DNA of 64,000 nt from Candidatus Bathyarchaeota archaeon (GTDB taxonomy: Archaea; Thermoproteota; Bathyarchaeia; Bathyarchaeales; DTEX01). The DNA lies in contig CAVQNT010000002.1 of NCBI GenBank assembly GCA_963714275.1, positions 640,001 through 704,000 on the forward strand, read 5' to 3'. This document shows, piece by piece, positions 55,057-64,000 of the stretch (position 1 is its first letter; each line of letters opens with the position of its first letter). The notes under the pieces are model-generated. The model was not told the DNA's origin, searched no databases, and saw only the letters and a program-made list of their open reading frames with translations. The translations under genes and the position numbers were made by a program.

Positions 55057-56393
55057 TTATGCTTTTTTAAGGTGCTTAAGGGCGTCTTTCACGTTTTTGA
55101 ACCCGTATTTTATGTCAGCGTGTTCGTTCCTTAAAGCCATCACGTCTTCCCTGACTTCGGGCGGTTTACGCTTACCTTTTATGATATCAAGCATCAGGTC
55201 GCAGAAGTGCTTAACGTCGTTTTCATTGAAGCCTCTTCTTGTGATGTCCTGGAAGCCAATTCTGAGCCCAGAAGGATTCTCCCTGTTGTTCTGGTTGTCG
55301 TAGGGCAACAGGTTTCTGTTCAGAATTATGTTGGCAGCCTCAAGGTTTTCCGAGATTTTCTTTCCGCCACCAAAAGCTCGGACGTCAACCGCTATTTGAT
55401 GTGACCTTGTGAATCCTTTGTGCTGACCCAGCACTGTTACGCCGTTCTCGTAAAGGTATTGCCCAGCAGTCTGAGCGTTCTTCACTGTCTGTTTCGCGTA
55501 GGCTTCGCCGAACAACCGCATCTCAAGGGCAGCCACACCCAAAGCGGGTAAACGCCCCAGATGAGTGTTCGACGTGCTCAGCGGAAAAATGGCGTACTGA
55601 ATGTTTTTTATGGCTTTTTCCATGCGGGCACCCTTAAGGTTTCCAAGGATTACACCTCCTTGGGGTCCTGGAAACGTTTTATGGGTTGATGCTGTTATGA
55701 AGTCTGCTCCTTCTTTGAATGGGTCTTGGAATGTGCCTCCAGCTATGAGCCCAAGTACATGCGCTGCGTCATAAACAACATAGGCATCTACTTCGTCTGC
55801 AACAGCCCTTAGTTCTTTAACTGGGTGTGGAAACAGGAAAAGACTGCCGCCAAATGTTATGATTCCTGGTTTTGCAGCTCTGATTATTGCACTGATTTGT
55901 CGGGATCGATGTTCATTTCTTGTGGGTCGTAAGCGTGTTCGATATTTACCAGCCCCAGAACTCTCCCTGCAAGACCCGAATAGTCATGGGTGATGTGCGC
56001 TCCAGCACTAAGTGGCGTAACGACCATCTTTTGGTTTTTCGAGGTTAAAGACAAACCCTTGAAAGCTGCAAGATTCGCGTGTGTACCAGAAACCAGACGT
56101 ACGTCGGTCCAGCTACATCTGAAAAGTCCTTTCATTAAGTCAGCTGCCCTGTCTTCGATGGTCGACATGTATTTTTGGCCTTGATAGTACCGTTTCTCAA
56201 CATGCCCTTCTAGATCGTTTTCGCCTTCAGCGTATCGGCTTTCAAGATCCATCGACAAACGAAGCATTTCCTTAACTGCTGGGGATTTTATGCCTTCGCT
56301 GGCGATGAGGTTAATGCATTCTTTTTCGCGGTATTGCTCATGTTTTTCGCTGGCTTCAATGAGTTCGAGAGCAACCTCAAGAAATTCGTCCAT
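55057..56393 (-). CDS. glyA: Serine hydroxymethyltransferase, archaeal type (frameshifts near 55880 and 55630)
   Basis: INLIASE, RYAEG, SGTHAN, YDAAHV, STHKTFPGPQGG, NLLP, SGLRIG. Confidence 0.93.
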
Positions 56394-56674
56394 AAATGTC
56401 CAACCTTCGGACTGAGTAACCGCTTACAAAAAGATTATTGGCTATTTATTCTTTGTGTACACTTTTTTGGGAAGCTGCCTGTTCTTCGTATAAGTCGAAG
56501 GCGAAAAATATATATGTTAGTGAATAATATTTAGCAAAAATATATAATAGAATATATGGAGGAAACGGAAACTTAACATAATTCCCAATAAAGCACGAAA
56601 TTCAAAATGCGTTGAATTGTCATTTTCAGAACCAACGATCAAGAACGTGCATACAAACTTTTGGAGGAAAAGAG

Positions 56675-58210
56675 ATGTCTGAAAACGAAAAAACAGAAAC
56701 GATCAGGTCAGTAGAAGAAATCAATGAGAAAATTAAACGCGGCGACGCTGTTGTGTTGACGGCTGAAGAGATGATTAAACTAGTTGAAAGCAGCGGCGTT
56801 GAAGTCGCAGCGAAAGAGGTGGATGTCGTAACTTCAGGAACCTTTGGTGCAATGTGCAGCTCCGGAGTATTCCTCAACTTTGGGCACTCTGACCCGCCGA
56901 TAAGGATGACCCAATGTTGGCTGAACGACGTCCCATTATACAAGGGGCTGGCTGCTGTTGACGGTTACCTTGGCGCTACAGCTTTAAGTGAGACTTTAGG
57001 GCTCGAATACGGCGGTGGACATGTCATTGAAAACCTTGTTTCAGGCAAAGAAATCGAGCTCAGAGCCGAATCCTACGGGACCGACTGTTATCCGAGGAGA
57101 CACATTGAAACAGTCATAACAATCGATGACTTGAACCAAGCCGTGCTTCTTAACCCCCGAAACTGCTACCAACGATACGATGCGGCAACAAATAGCACAG
57201 ACCGCGTACTCTACACATACATGGGCACCCTTCTACCAAACTATGGAAATATCTCTTTTTCAGGCGCTGGCCAACTAAACCCATTGTGTAAGGACCCGAA
57301 TTATGAAACGTTGGGAATGGGCACACGAATCTTTCTTGGCGGAGGAACTGGATATATCATAGGCGAAGGAACCCAGCACAGTCCATCCGGAGGATTCGGA
57401 TCATTGATGGTTAAAGGCGATTTGAAGCAAATGAACGCCAGGTACCTTAGGGGTTCCGCCTTTTACCGGTATGGAGTGAGCCTTTATGTAGGCGTGGGAA
57501 TCCCTATTCCAATCATTAATCAGAAGGTTGCTTCCACAGCTGCCGTGAGAGACGAGGACATCTTTGTTTCCATCAAGGACTATGGAGTTCCGTCCAGACC
57601 AGATTTAAGACCAGTTGTAAAGAAAGTCTCATACTCAGAACTGAGGTCAGGAAAAGTTGAAATTAAGGGTAAGGATGTGCCTTCGTCTTCGTTGTCGAGC
57701 TACAAGATGGCTGTTGAAATTTCCGAAGTCTTGAAAAAATGGATTCAGGAAAGAAAGTTTTATCTAACAAGCCCTGTTGAAACTCTTCCCACTCAACGGG
57801 TAGTCAAGCCTTTAGAAATAAAAAGGAAGGAGCTCAGAGTCTCAGATGTGATGAGGACTAAAGTCATTACGGCGAATCCTGACGACGACGTGAAGGAAGT
57901 GGCGAAGAAACTTGTTGAAAAAGGAATCGACCACCTTCCAGTCGTGGATGAAACAAAAACGTTGATCGGAATAGTGACTTCGTGGGATCTCGCAAGAGCC
58001 TTAGCAAGTGGCAAAGGAAGGCTCGCGGAAATAATGACCAAACGAGTCATCACAGCCTTACAGAACGAATCTATCGATGTCGTCGCTAGGAGGATGGCGA
58101 AACACAACATCTCCGGAGTGCCCGTTGTTGACAAGGCGAACCGTGTCGCTGGAATCGTGACGACAGACGACATCTCCAAGAGACTTGTAGGAGGAAGAAC
58201 CACAATATGA
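56675..58210 (+). CDS. L-aspartate-semialdehyde sulfurtransferase (DUF39 + CBS), homocysteine biosynthesis
   Basis: EINEKI..G.AVV.TAEE, VDVVTSGTFGAMCSSG, YGGGHVI, RNCYQ, GEGTQH, C-terminal CBS pair. Confidence 0.9.
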   Translation: MSENEKTETIRSVEEINEKIKRGDAVVLTAEEMIKLVESSGVEVAAKEVDVVTSGTFGAMCSSGVFLNFGHSDPPIRMTQCWLNDVPLYKGLAAVDGYLGATALSETLGLEYGGGHVIENLVSGKEIELRAESYGTDCYPRRHIETVITIDDLNQAVLLNPRNCYQRYDAATNSTDRVLYTYMGTLLPNYGNISFSGAGQLNPLCKDPNYETLGMGTRIFLGGGTGYIIGEGTQHSPSGGFGSLMVKGDLKQMNARYLRGSAFYRYGVSLYVGVGIPIPIINQKVASTAAVRDEDIFVSIKDYGVPSRPDLRPVVKKVSYSELRSGKVEIKGKDVPSSSLSSYKMAVEISEVLKKWIQERKFYLTSPVETLPTQRVVKPLEIKRKELRVSDVMRTKVITANPDDDVKEVAKKLVEKGIDHLPVVDETKTLIGIVTSWDLARALASGKGRLAEIMTKRVITALQNESIDVVARRMAKHNISGVPVVDKANRVAGIVTTDDISKRLVGGRTTI

Positions 58211-58596
58211 GAGTGAAGCTTGTCTACTCGCCTGAAGTCGTAGAAAAATCTGTCCTTGCAGAGGTCATACTGAAAACTGGTGTTCTAATCAACATTCTCG
58301 AGGCGAAGGTGAACACTCAGAAAGGCGAGCTCGTCATCTCAATTCCTGCAACAGGAAAGACTCTGGAAAAAATTTTGGGCATGTTCAAAGACGCAGGAGT
58401 GACGGCACAAAAGTTCACGAAGATTCTCCAGATAGACTATGACAAATGCACATCGTGCGGCGCCTGCATATCGCCTTGCCCGACAAAAGCGCTGCGGTTC
58501 AAGCCTGACTGGACACTTGAGTTCGACGAAGAAAAATGCGTAGCCTGCAGAACGTGTGTGACCGCTTGCCCAGTAAAGGCGATAACTGTTTCTTGA
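58207..58596 (+). CDS. NIL domain + 2x[4Fe-4S] ferredoxin partner subunit
   Basis: INILEA NIL motif; two CxxCxxCxxxCP. Confidence 0.9.
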   Translation: MRVKLVYSPEVVEKSVLAEVILKTGVLINILEAKVNTQKGELVISIPATGKTLEKILGMFKDAGVTAQKFTKILQIDYDKCTSCGACISPCPTKALRFKPDWTLEFDEEKCVACRTCVTACPVKAITVS

Positions 58597-58613
58597 TCTG
58601 GTGAACTGCATAA

Positions 58614-59327
58614 TTGCTGAATGAACTGTACGAGCAAGGCTTCGCGCTTAAGGAATCCAGAATCCACCTTAAAAGCGACAAAAAAGAGGCTATTGCTGAA
58701 GCTCTAAAGGACATAAAAAATCATCGAAAAAACCTCGTTGACTACATAAAAAAGCACCCAGAATTTCAACACGCCCTAAAACCTATAACGGTTCCTCCAG
58801 AAGCCCCAGAAATAGTTCAGTCCATGGCGGAAGATGCGAAGAAAAGCGGAAGTTGGACCGATGGCTGCCGTTGCTGGTGCACTTGCGGACCTCGGGATGA
58901 AGGCGATGCTTAGAACAGGAGCAAAAATTGCCATCGTAGAGGACGGGGGCGAGATTGCAGTGACCACAGATCGACCTATCACAGTGACGGTACTATCAGA
59001 GCTATCCGGGGCTTTCGGGAAAGATTGGTCTATGCATCACTAAGGAAGACTGCCCACTGGGCGTTGCCACTAGTTCAAGTAAAACTGGCGCGTGTCTTGA
59101 GTTTTGGGAAGGCTGATTCGGTTACAGTCATAGCGACGAACGCTTCTTTGACTGATGCTGCTGCCACCGCTGTCTGCAACGCCGTAGCGGGTGAAAATGT
59201 CGGAGTTTCCATTCAACGGGGACTTGAGAGAGCCAAGGCAATAGACGGAGTCCTTGGCGTCATCATAGTTCGTGAGGGACAGACAGGTCTGTGGGGGAAA
59301 CTTCCCAAATTAATCAGCATAAAATAA
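58614..59327 (+). CDS. UPF0280/ApbE-like protein (frameshifts)
   Basis: VGPMAAVAG, VEDGGEI, SFGKADSVTV..ADAAATA. Confidence 0.85.
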
Positions 59328-59355
59328 TGAAGAATTTGATTCTTATCTTGAAGGG

Positions 59356-60205
59356 TTAAAGGGCGTTGGATATTTCGGGGGCTTTGGGATATGAGCCGAG
59401 TACTTTCACGAAGACTGCTTTGCTTCTTAAATCTTCTAATGCTTCGCTGCAGCGTTTTTCGGTTCTGTGTCCTTCAAAATCCAGGTAGAAATTGTATTCC
59501 CATGGCTGCCGCTTTGTGGGTCTTGACTCAATTTTTGTCAGGTTAATGCCTCTTCCTGCGAACTCTCCTAAGATCTGGTAGAGTGCGCCAGGAATGTGTT
59601 TCGCTGAAAAGATGACAGAGGTTTTGTCATTGCCTGAAGGTACGGCGTCATTTTTTGACAGCACAAAAAACCGTGTGAGATTGTTTGTGGTGTCCGAAAT
59701 GTTCCTTGCGACGATTTTCATTTCATAAATTCCTACGGCTTTCTCTCCTGCTATGGCTCCCGAATTCAGCATCCGTTGCTCTTTTATCATTTTGACGCTT
59801 CCGGCTGTGTCGTATGTTGAGATAATTTCGCAGTTTAGGCTTTCAAGGAAGCTTCGACATTGAGCTAAGGCTTGAGGGTGCGAGTATATGATTTTGATGT
59901 CCTCAAGTTTCGTTTCGTTGTTAGCGATGAGGCAATGGTCAATTTTCAGGACTATTTCGCCGCAGACTTTGTGGTCATACATCAAGAACAAGTCGTAAAC
60001 TTGGTTGACGCTTCCCTCTATGGAGTTTTCAATGGGGACAACGCCGAACTCGGTTTTATCAGTCTCAACATTCTTGAAAACATCCGAAAATCCTTTACAT
60101 GGAACAGACTTTAACTGAACGACCGAAGAACGCGTAGACTGCGCTTTCGCTGTATGCCCCTGGTTCGCCTTGGTATGCGATTCTTTTTTGTTTTTGGGCA
60201 CCCAT
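59356..60205 (-). CDS. pheA: Prephenate dehydratase (frameshift near 60115)
   Basis: ATG 60205 gives MGAQKQKRIAYQGEPGAYSE; then PIENSIEG, SHPQALAQC, TRF, NLTKIESRP. Confidence 0.93.
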
Positions 60206-60423
60206 GGATTTCAGAATCCCTAAGTTTTTAATGTGTCGAGTTTAAGGCTTTTTCCTCTTTATTCTCGTAGCATTAATATCTTTTGGTTTCTTAATTGCTG
60301 TTTTATTCCGTTAGAAACAACATTGGGAGAGTTAGTGAAAATATCCGAAAATCGTAATTTTTTTCCGAAACATTTAAAAATAATCCTTGTATGCTTATTA
60401 CGGACAATTGAAGGTGTAACCGT

Positions 60424-62036
60424 TTGCAGAAAGTTCCGGTCGCGATGGCTACTCAGCACGCTGATTCGGCGACTAAACTTGTTCCGGTAAGGGATGAGGT
60501 TGATGAGGCTGTTCTCTCGTTCGAGCAGGAGGGGTTAGACTGCGATGAATATCTTGTCGATTACATGGGTAAGCTTACGCCTTACCATCAGATTGGGCAG
60601 ATTATTCAGAGGATTCGTGAGAAGACGAAGTTTGTGCCTGGAGTTGACGTGTTTGTTACGCCGCGGATGGTTAGCTCTTTCGAGGAGGATCCTTTCAGGC
60701 AGCTGATGACAACGAGCTGCGATTATCGAAGGCATAAAGTACTGTGTGGACAATTATGGGCAACAGGGAATAACGGAGGTCATTCAAGCAGCGGTTACGA
60801 CAACCGAGGAGTTGAGAAACTGCAAAATAAGATGTGAGGACCTTCTCAGGGTGTTTGGGAAACACCTTAAGATGAAGACTGAAGACATGTCGATAAGAAT
60901 TGTACCCCTTTTTGGCGGACTTGCTGAACAACTCTCCATGGAGCAGGTTCTATCCATCTATGTCAAGGACGTGAGCGCAGAAGGATATGCGAGAGTCTTC
61001 ATCGGAAAGTCTGAAGCTGCACTTCTTTATGGGCACATGGCTTCGGTGCTTTCTTGTAAGGTTGCTATTGCTGGATGCAAAAAAACTGAGGATACGCATG
61101 ACATTAAGATTTACCCAATTCTTGGTTGTGGAGCATTGCCCTTCAGGGGGCACATGACGCTTGAGAACGCGGATAACTTCCTCAAGGAGTATCAGGGAAC
61201 GCGGACTTACACTATTCAGTCAGGTTTAAGGTATGACCATGGCGTTGAAAAAACAAGAGCTTTAATCGAGAAGATCAAGGAGGCTGTTAACCGTCCGTCT
61301 CCCGAGTACGATGAAGGGCAGCTTCGAGAAATGGAGAGGATGATCTTCATCTTCGCAAAGAATTACTTGCTTGAGCTTTCCGAGATTGCTGAGAAAATTT
61401 CCGTGATTGCGGATTACATTCCTGACCAGCGGGAACGGTTGCTGAACGTTGAAGAAGTTGCTTATTATCGTGAACTGAGGAATGTTGAAAGTATCCTGCG
61501 GTTGTGTCCAGACAAGGAAGTGAAAAGAAGTATCATGGGATATGCTTACACGGCTTTCCATAAGCCTCCCAGATGGGTGAGGTTCATAGCCTCATCATAC
61601 ACTTGCGGTTTGCCGCCTGAGTTCATCGGGTTGGGGACAGCACTTTCGGAGATTAAGGAGACGATGGGAGAAAAGGCGGTTGAGAGGCTTCTCGGTGAGA
61701 TATATCCCTCATTGGAGGTTGATGTTAAGTTCGCCTCAAGATTCCTCGATAAGAACCTCGACGGCAACATTCTCTTAACTGAAAGATTGCTGAAAAGCAT
61801 AGGTGAGTTAGAGAACTTCATAAGCCTTGAAGAACCTGACAACGGCTACCTTATCCTCAGCAGACTGGCGTCAGCATACATTAAGGACATGCTTACAGGA
61901 AAGGCTTCGAAGGGAAGACGGTTGCACTATCATGATCGAGAAGTCCACGGTCGCCGAGTACCTAAACGGCACCAGCAGGGATAACCTGAGCAAGATGGTT
62001 CTTGACCTTGGGAGGATTAGGAAGTCGCTGGCTTAA
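60424..62036 (+). CDS. ppcA: Archaeal-type phosphoenolpyruvate carboxylase (frameshifts near 60720 and 61920)
   Basis: MATQH, DEVDEA, RVF..S....YG, YPILG.G..PFRG, QS..RYD, PR..F...Y..GLPPE, R.SLA end. Confidence 0.85.
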
Positions 62037-62060
62037 AGAAGACTGGAGGAAGATTGAAGA

Positions 62061-63143
62061 ATGTGCAGTTTTTGTATAACCAAGTTTCCGGGCAGAGTTA
62101 ACTATTATTCGCCTAAATTTACGATGAGAATCAATGAGGACGCGAGGGACGCGCTGGTTGAGTACTGCAAGCCCTTTGTGAGATACGTGGATAACGCGTA
62201 TTTTGACGGCTTGAACATTAGGCTTTACACGAACATCGAGCACGTTTATGACTTTTGGCGGGACAACTGGTGGTCATACTCGCACAATGTTGTTCCTCAC
62301 GGCCAAGTCTACACGATTGATGATGGAGGAAAATTCAACCTTAAAGACTATTATGATGGACCAATGCAGAATCCTGACGTGAATGCTGGCGGACTGTATA
62401 ACGCCGAGACTAAAACGGCGATTATCTTTAACCAGGATTATTATGGTCAGACGAAGCCTTCGGCTCTTGGGATTGCGGCTGACATTTTCGAGGACCAGTA
62501 CGACATTCTTTCGGTTCACGGTGCTTCAGGCGCTATTGATGGTAAAGGATACCTTCTGATTGCGCCGACTAACACTGGGAAGACGACTCATTCATACGGT
62601 CCAGCTATTCATCATCCCGGAGGAGAGTTCCATCAGGATGACTGGATTTTCGTCGAGTTTGAGGGCGGTAAAGCGGTTGGGAAGGCTTCTGAGAAACAGT
62701 TTTACATGCGGACGAACTCGATTGAGAACTTTCCTTGGTTAGAAAAGGTTTTCCGTACGCGTAAGCTTGAGAACGTGAAGCCCAGTGATCCACGTGAAAA
62801 GTTTCTGCCGCCTGATCCGAGGGTAATGATTGACCCGAGGGAGATTTTGAGCCCTCAGAAGGTTGCGAACGAGATTCGGATTAACAAATGTTTCCTGCTG
62901 GAAAGGAACCCTAAGGAGAACGTGGTTGCGAAGTCTCTTTCTCCAGATGAGGCGGTTGATGTTTTGTTGAAGGCGCCTGAACAGTTCTATAACAACTACT
63001 TGACCATTTACTCTGAGCGGAAGATAAAAAAGCGGGCGCAGCTGTTCAGGAAGCTGTTCAATATCGCGGAGCCGTACCAGATCAACATCGTCGCAAAAGT
63101 TGAAGCCATCAGAGATATAATCATAAAAATAACGAAAAGCTAA
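62061..63143 (+). CDS. PEPCK/HPr-kinase-fold P-loop protein
   Basis: DYYGQTK, SVHGA, APTNTGKTT, QDDW, SEKQFYMR. Confidence 0.7.
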   Translation: MCSFCITKFPGRVNYYSPKFTMRINEDARDALVEYCKPFVRYVDNAYFDGLNIRLYTNIEHVYDFWRDNWWSYSHNVVPHGQVYTIDDGGKFNLKDYYDGPMQNPDVNAGGLYNAETKTAIIFNQDYYGQTKPSALGIAADIFEDQYDILSVHGASGAIDGKGYLLIAPTNTGKTTHSYGPAIHHPGGEFHQDDWIFVEFEGGKAVGKASEKQFYMRTNSIENFPWLEKVFRTRKLENVKPSDPREKFLPPDPRVMIDPREILSPQKVANEIRINKCFLLERNPKENVVAKSLSPDEAVDVLLKAPEQFYNNYLTIYSERKIKKRAQLFRKLFNIAEPYQINIVAKVEAIRDIIIKITKS

Positions 63144-63242
63144 AGGAACCCTTCTTTTATTCATGGTGTGGTTTCGTTTAATTTTCGTTTTCACAATATT
63201 CTTTTTAATATCGATGTCAATAATGACGGAGCGTGATCATGA

Positions 63243-63719
63243 ATGAACAAAAAGTTCTCGTATGGTATATGCGGTGTCTACTGTGGGCAATGTCCAAGTG
63301 GGAATGGTAGAGTCAGATTTGCTGCTGGGGAACTCAAGAGGCTTGTTGATACAGCTCGTTACGATTGGGCTGAAAATGCAGTTAAATCGTTCAGTTTCAG
63401 GGAGTTTAGAAAAGGGTTAGAATGGTTTTTGAACTCTCAATGCCCGATGTGCCTGAACGGTGGAGGTGCGCCTTGCGAAAACCGGAAATGCGCATCTGGG
63501 AAGAAGCTTGAAAGCTGCCTTCTCTGCGATGACTACCTTACATGTGAACATACTAATTATCAGAGAGACTGGTATCCCTTCGTGGTCGATAATTACAGGC
63601 GAGTTAAGGAAGTTGGGTTTCAAAGGTACCTTGAAGAAGAGGAAGAAAAATCTCAGGCAGGCGTGGATTTGATGGGTCATTTGGAGCGGAGATGCTGCAA
63701 GGTCGTGAAACTAGACTAG
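63243..63719 (+). CDS. DUF3795-like Cys-rich protein
   Basis: CGVYCGQC, CPMC, C..RKCA..K....C..C....C. Confidence 0.78.
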   Translation: MNKKFSYGICGVYCGQCPSGNGRVRFAAGELKRLVDTARYDWAENAVKSFSFREFRKGLEWFLNSQCPMCLNGGGAPCENRKCASGKKLESCLLCDDYLTCEHTNYQRDWYPFVVDNYRRVKEVGFQRYLEEEEEKSQAGVDLMGHLERRCCKVVKLD

Positions 63720-64000
63720 TCGAGTCTGCCTTGCTTGTAGCCTTCGTCGTACATGGCGAGAATGTTTTCGGTGGGCGTCACAGGCTGGATGTTGTGACAA
63801 GGAGCCAGAACGTAGCCTCCGTTTTTTCCGAGGATTCTGAGGTTGTCTCGGACTTCTTGGCGGACTTCTGCTTCTTTTCCGAAGGGTAACGTGTACTGGT
63901 TGTCCATGGCTCCGTGGAAGACGAGTTTGCTGCCAAATTCGCGTTTCAGCGTTTCTCGGTCCATGTCTTTGCACCTCCACTGTATGGGGTTGAGGATGTC
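63716..64000 (-). CDS. C-terminal part of uroporphyrinogen decarboxylase/MtaA-family protein (cut by window edge)
   Basis: LNPIQ, LKREFG..LVFHG..D.Q..LPFG, GGYVLAPCHNIQ..TP.EN. Confidence 0.85.
   Translation of the reverse strand, partial: DILNPIQWRCKDMDRETLKREFGSKLVFHGAMDNQYTLPFGKEAEVRQEVRDNLRILGKNGGYVLAPCHNIQPVTPTENILAMYDEGYKQGRLD

Noticed and set aside
2213-62036. Mass pseudogenisation or programmed frameshifting
   Set aside because: Indels hit essential genes, share no slippery motif and come without other decay; sequencing error is more parsimonious.
1-64000. CRISPR arrays, rRNA, integrases, transposases or defence systems
   Set aside because: None seen; no integrase or att duplication next to the tRNA.

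Overview
Archaeal chromosomal window, most consistent with a TACK lineage such as Bathyarchaeia (aIF5A, Nob1, pelota, Clp1, Dph5, Trm5, SRP54, intron-containing tRNA, archaeal ADH/DHQ-synthase-II shikimate route, archaeal-type PEP carboxylase). It holds housekeeping and DNA-repair genes, a sugar-catabolism patch (PfkB, AKR, GH140-like, fucose-isomerase family), a DtxR-feoAB locus, a his operon, a divergent aroA' / aspartokinase-aroB'DEKAC cluster, glyA, a homocysteine-synthesis triad, pheA, and ppcA followed by a PEPCK-like gene. About 30 genes, including essential ones, carry short indels, most simply explained as uncorrected long-read errors, so many boundaries are approximate. The most interesting signal lies outside the ORF track: a 28-codon leader peptide ending FRFFSWYTKYTTY, followed by mutually exclusive antiterminator-like and terminator-like (hairpin + U5) structures, directly upstream of the aspartokinase/aromatic operon. 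A weaker His-containing leader with a long-range helix precedes hisG. Together these suggest ribosome-mediated attenuation of amino-acid operons in an archaeon. Other candidates: a promoter-driven structured small RNA between nob1 and pelota, a two-intron tRNA-Lys, a PAC4-like protein, a TarJ-like dehydrogenase closing a hisE-less his operon, and an unannotated zinc-finger microprotein.
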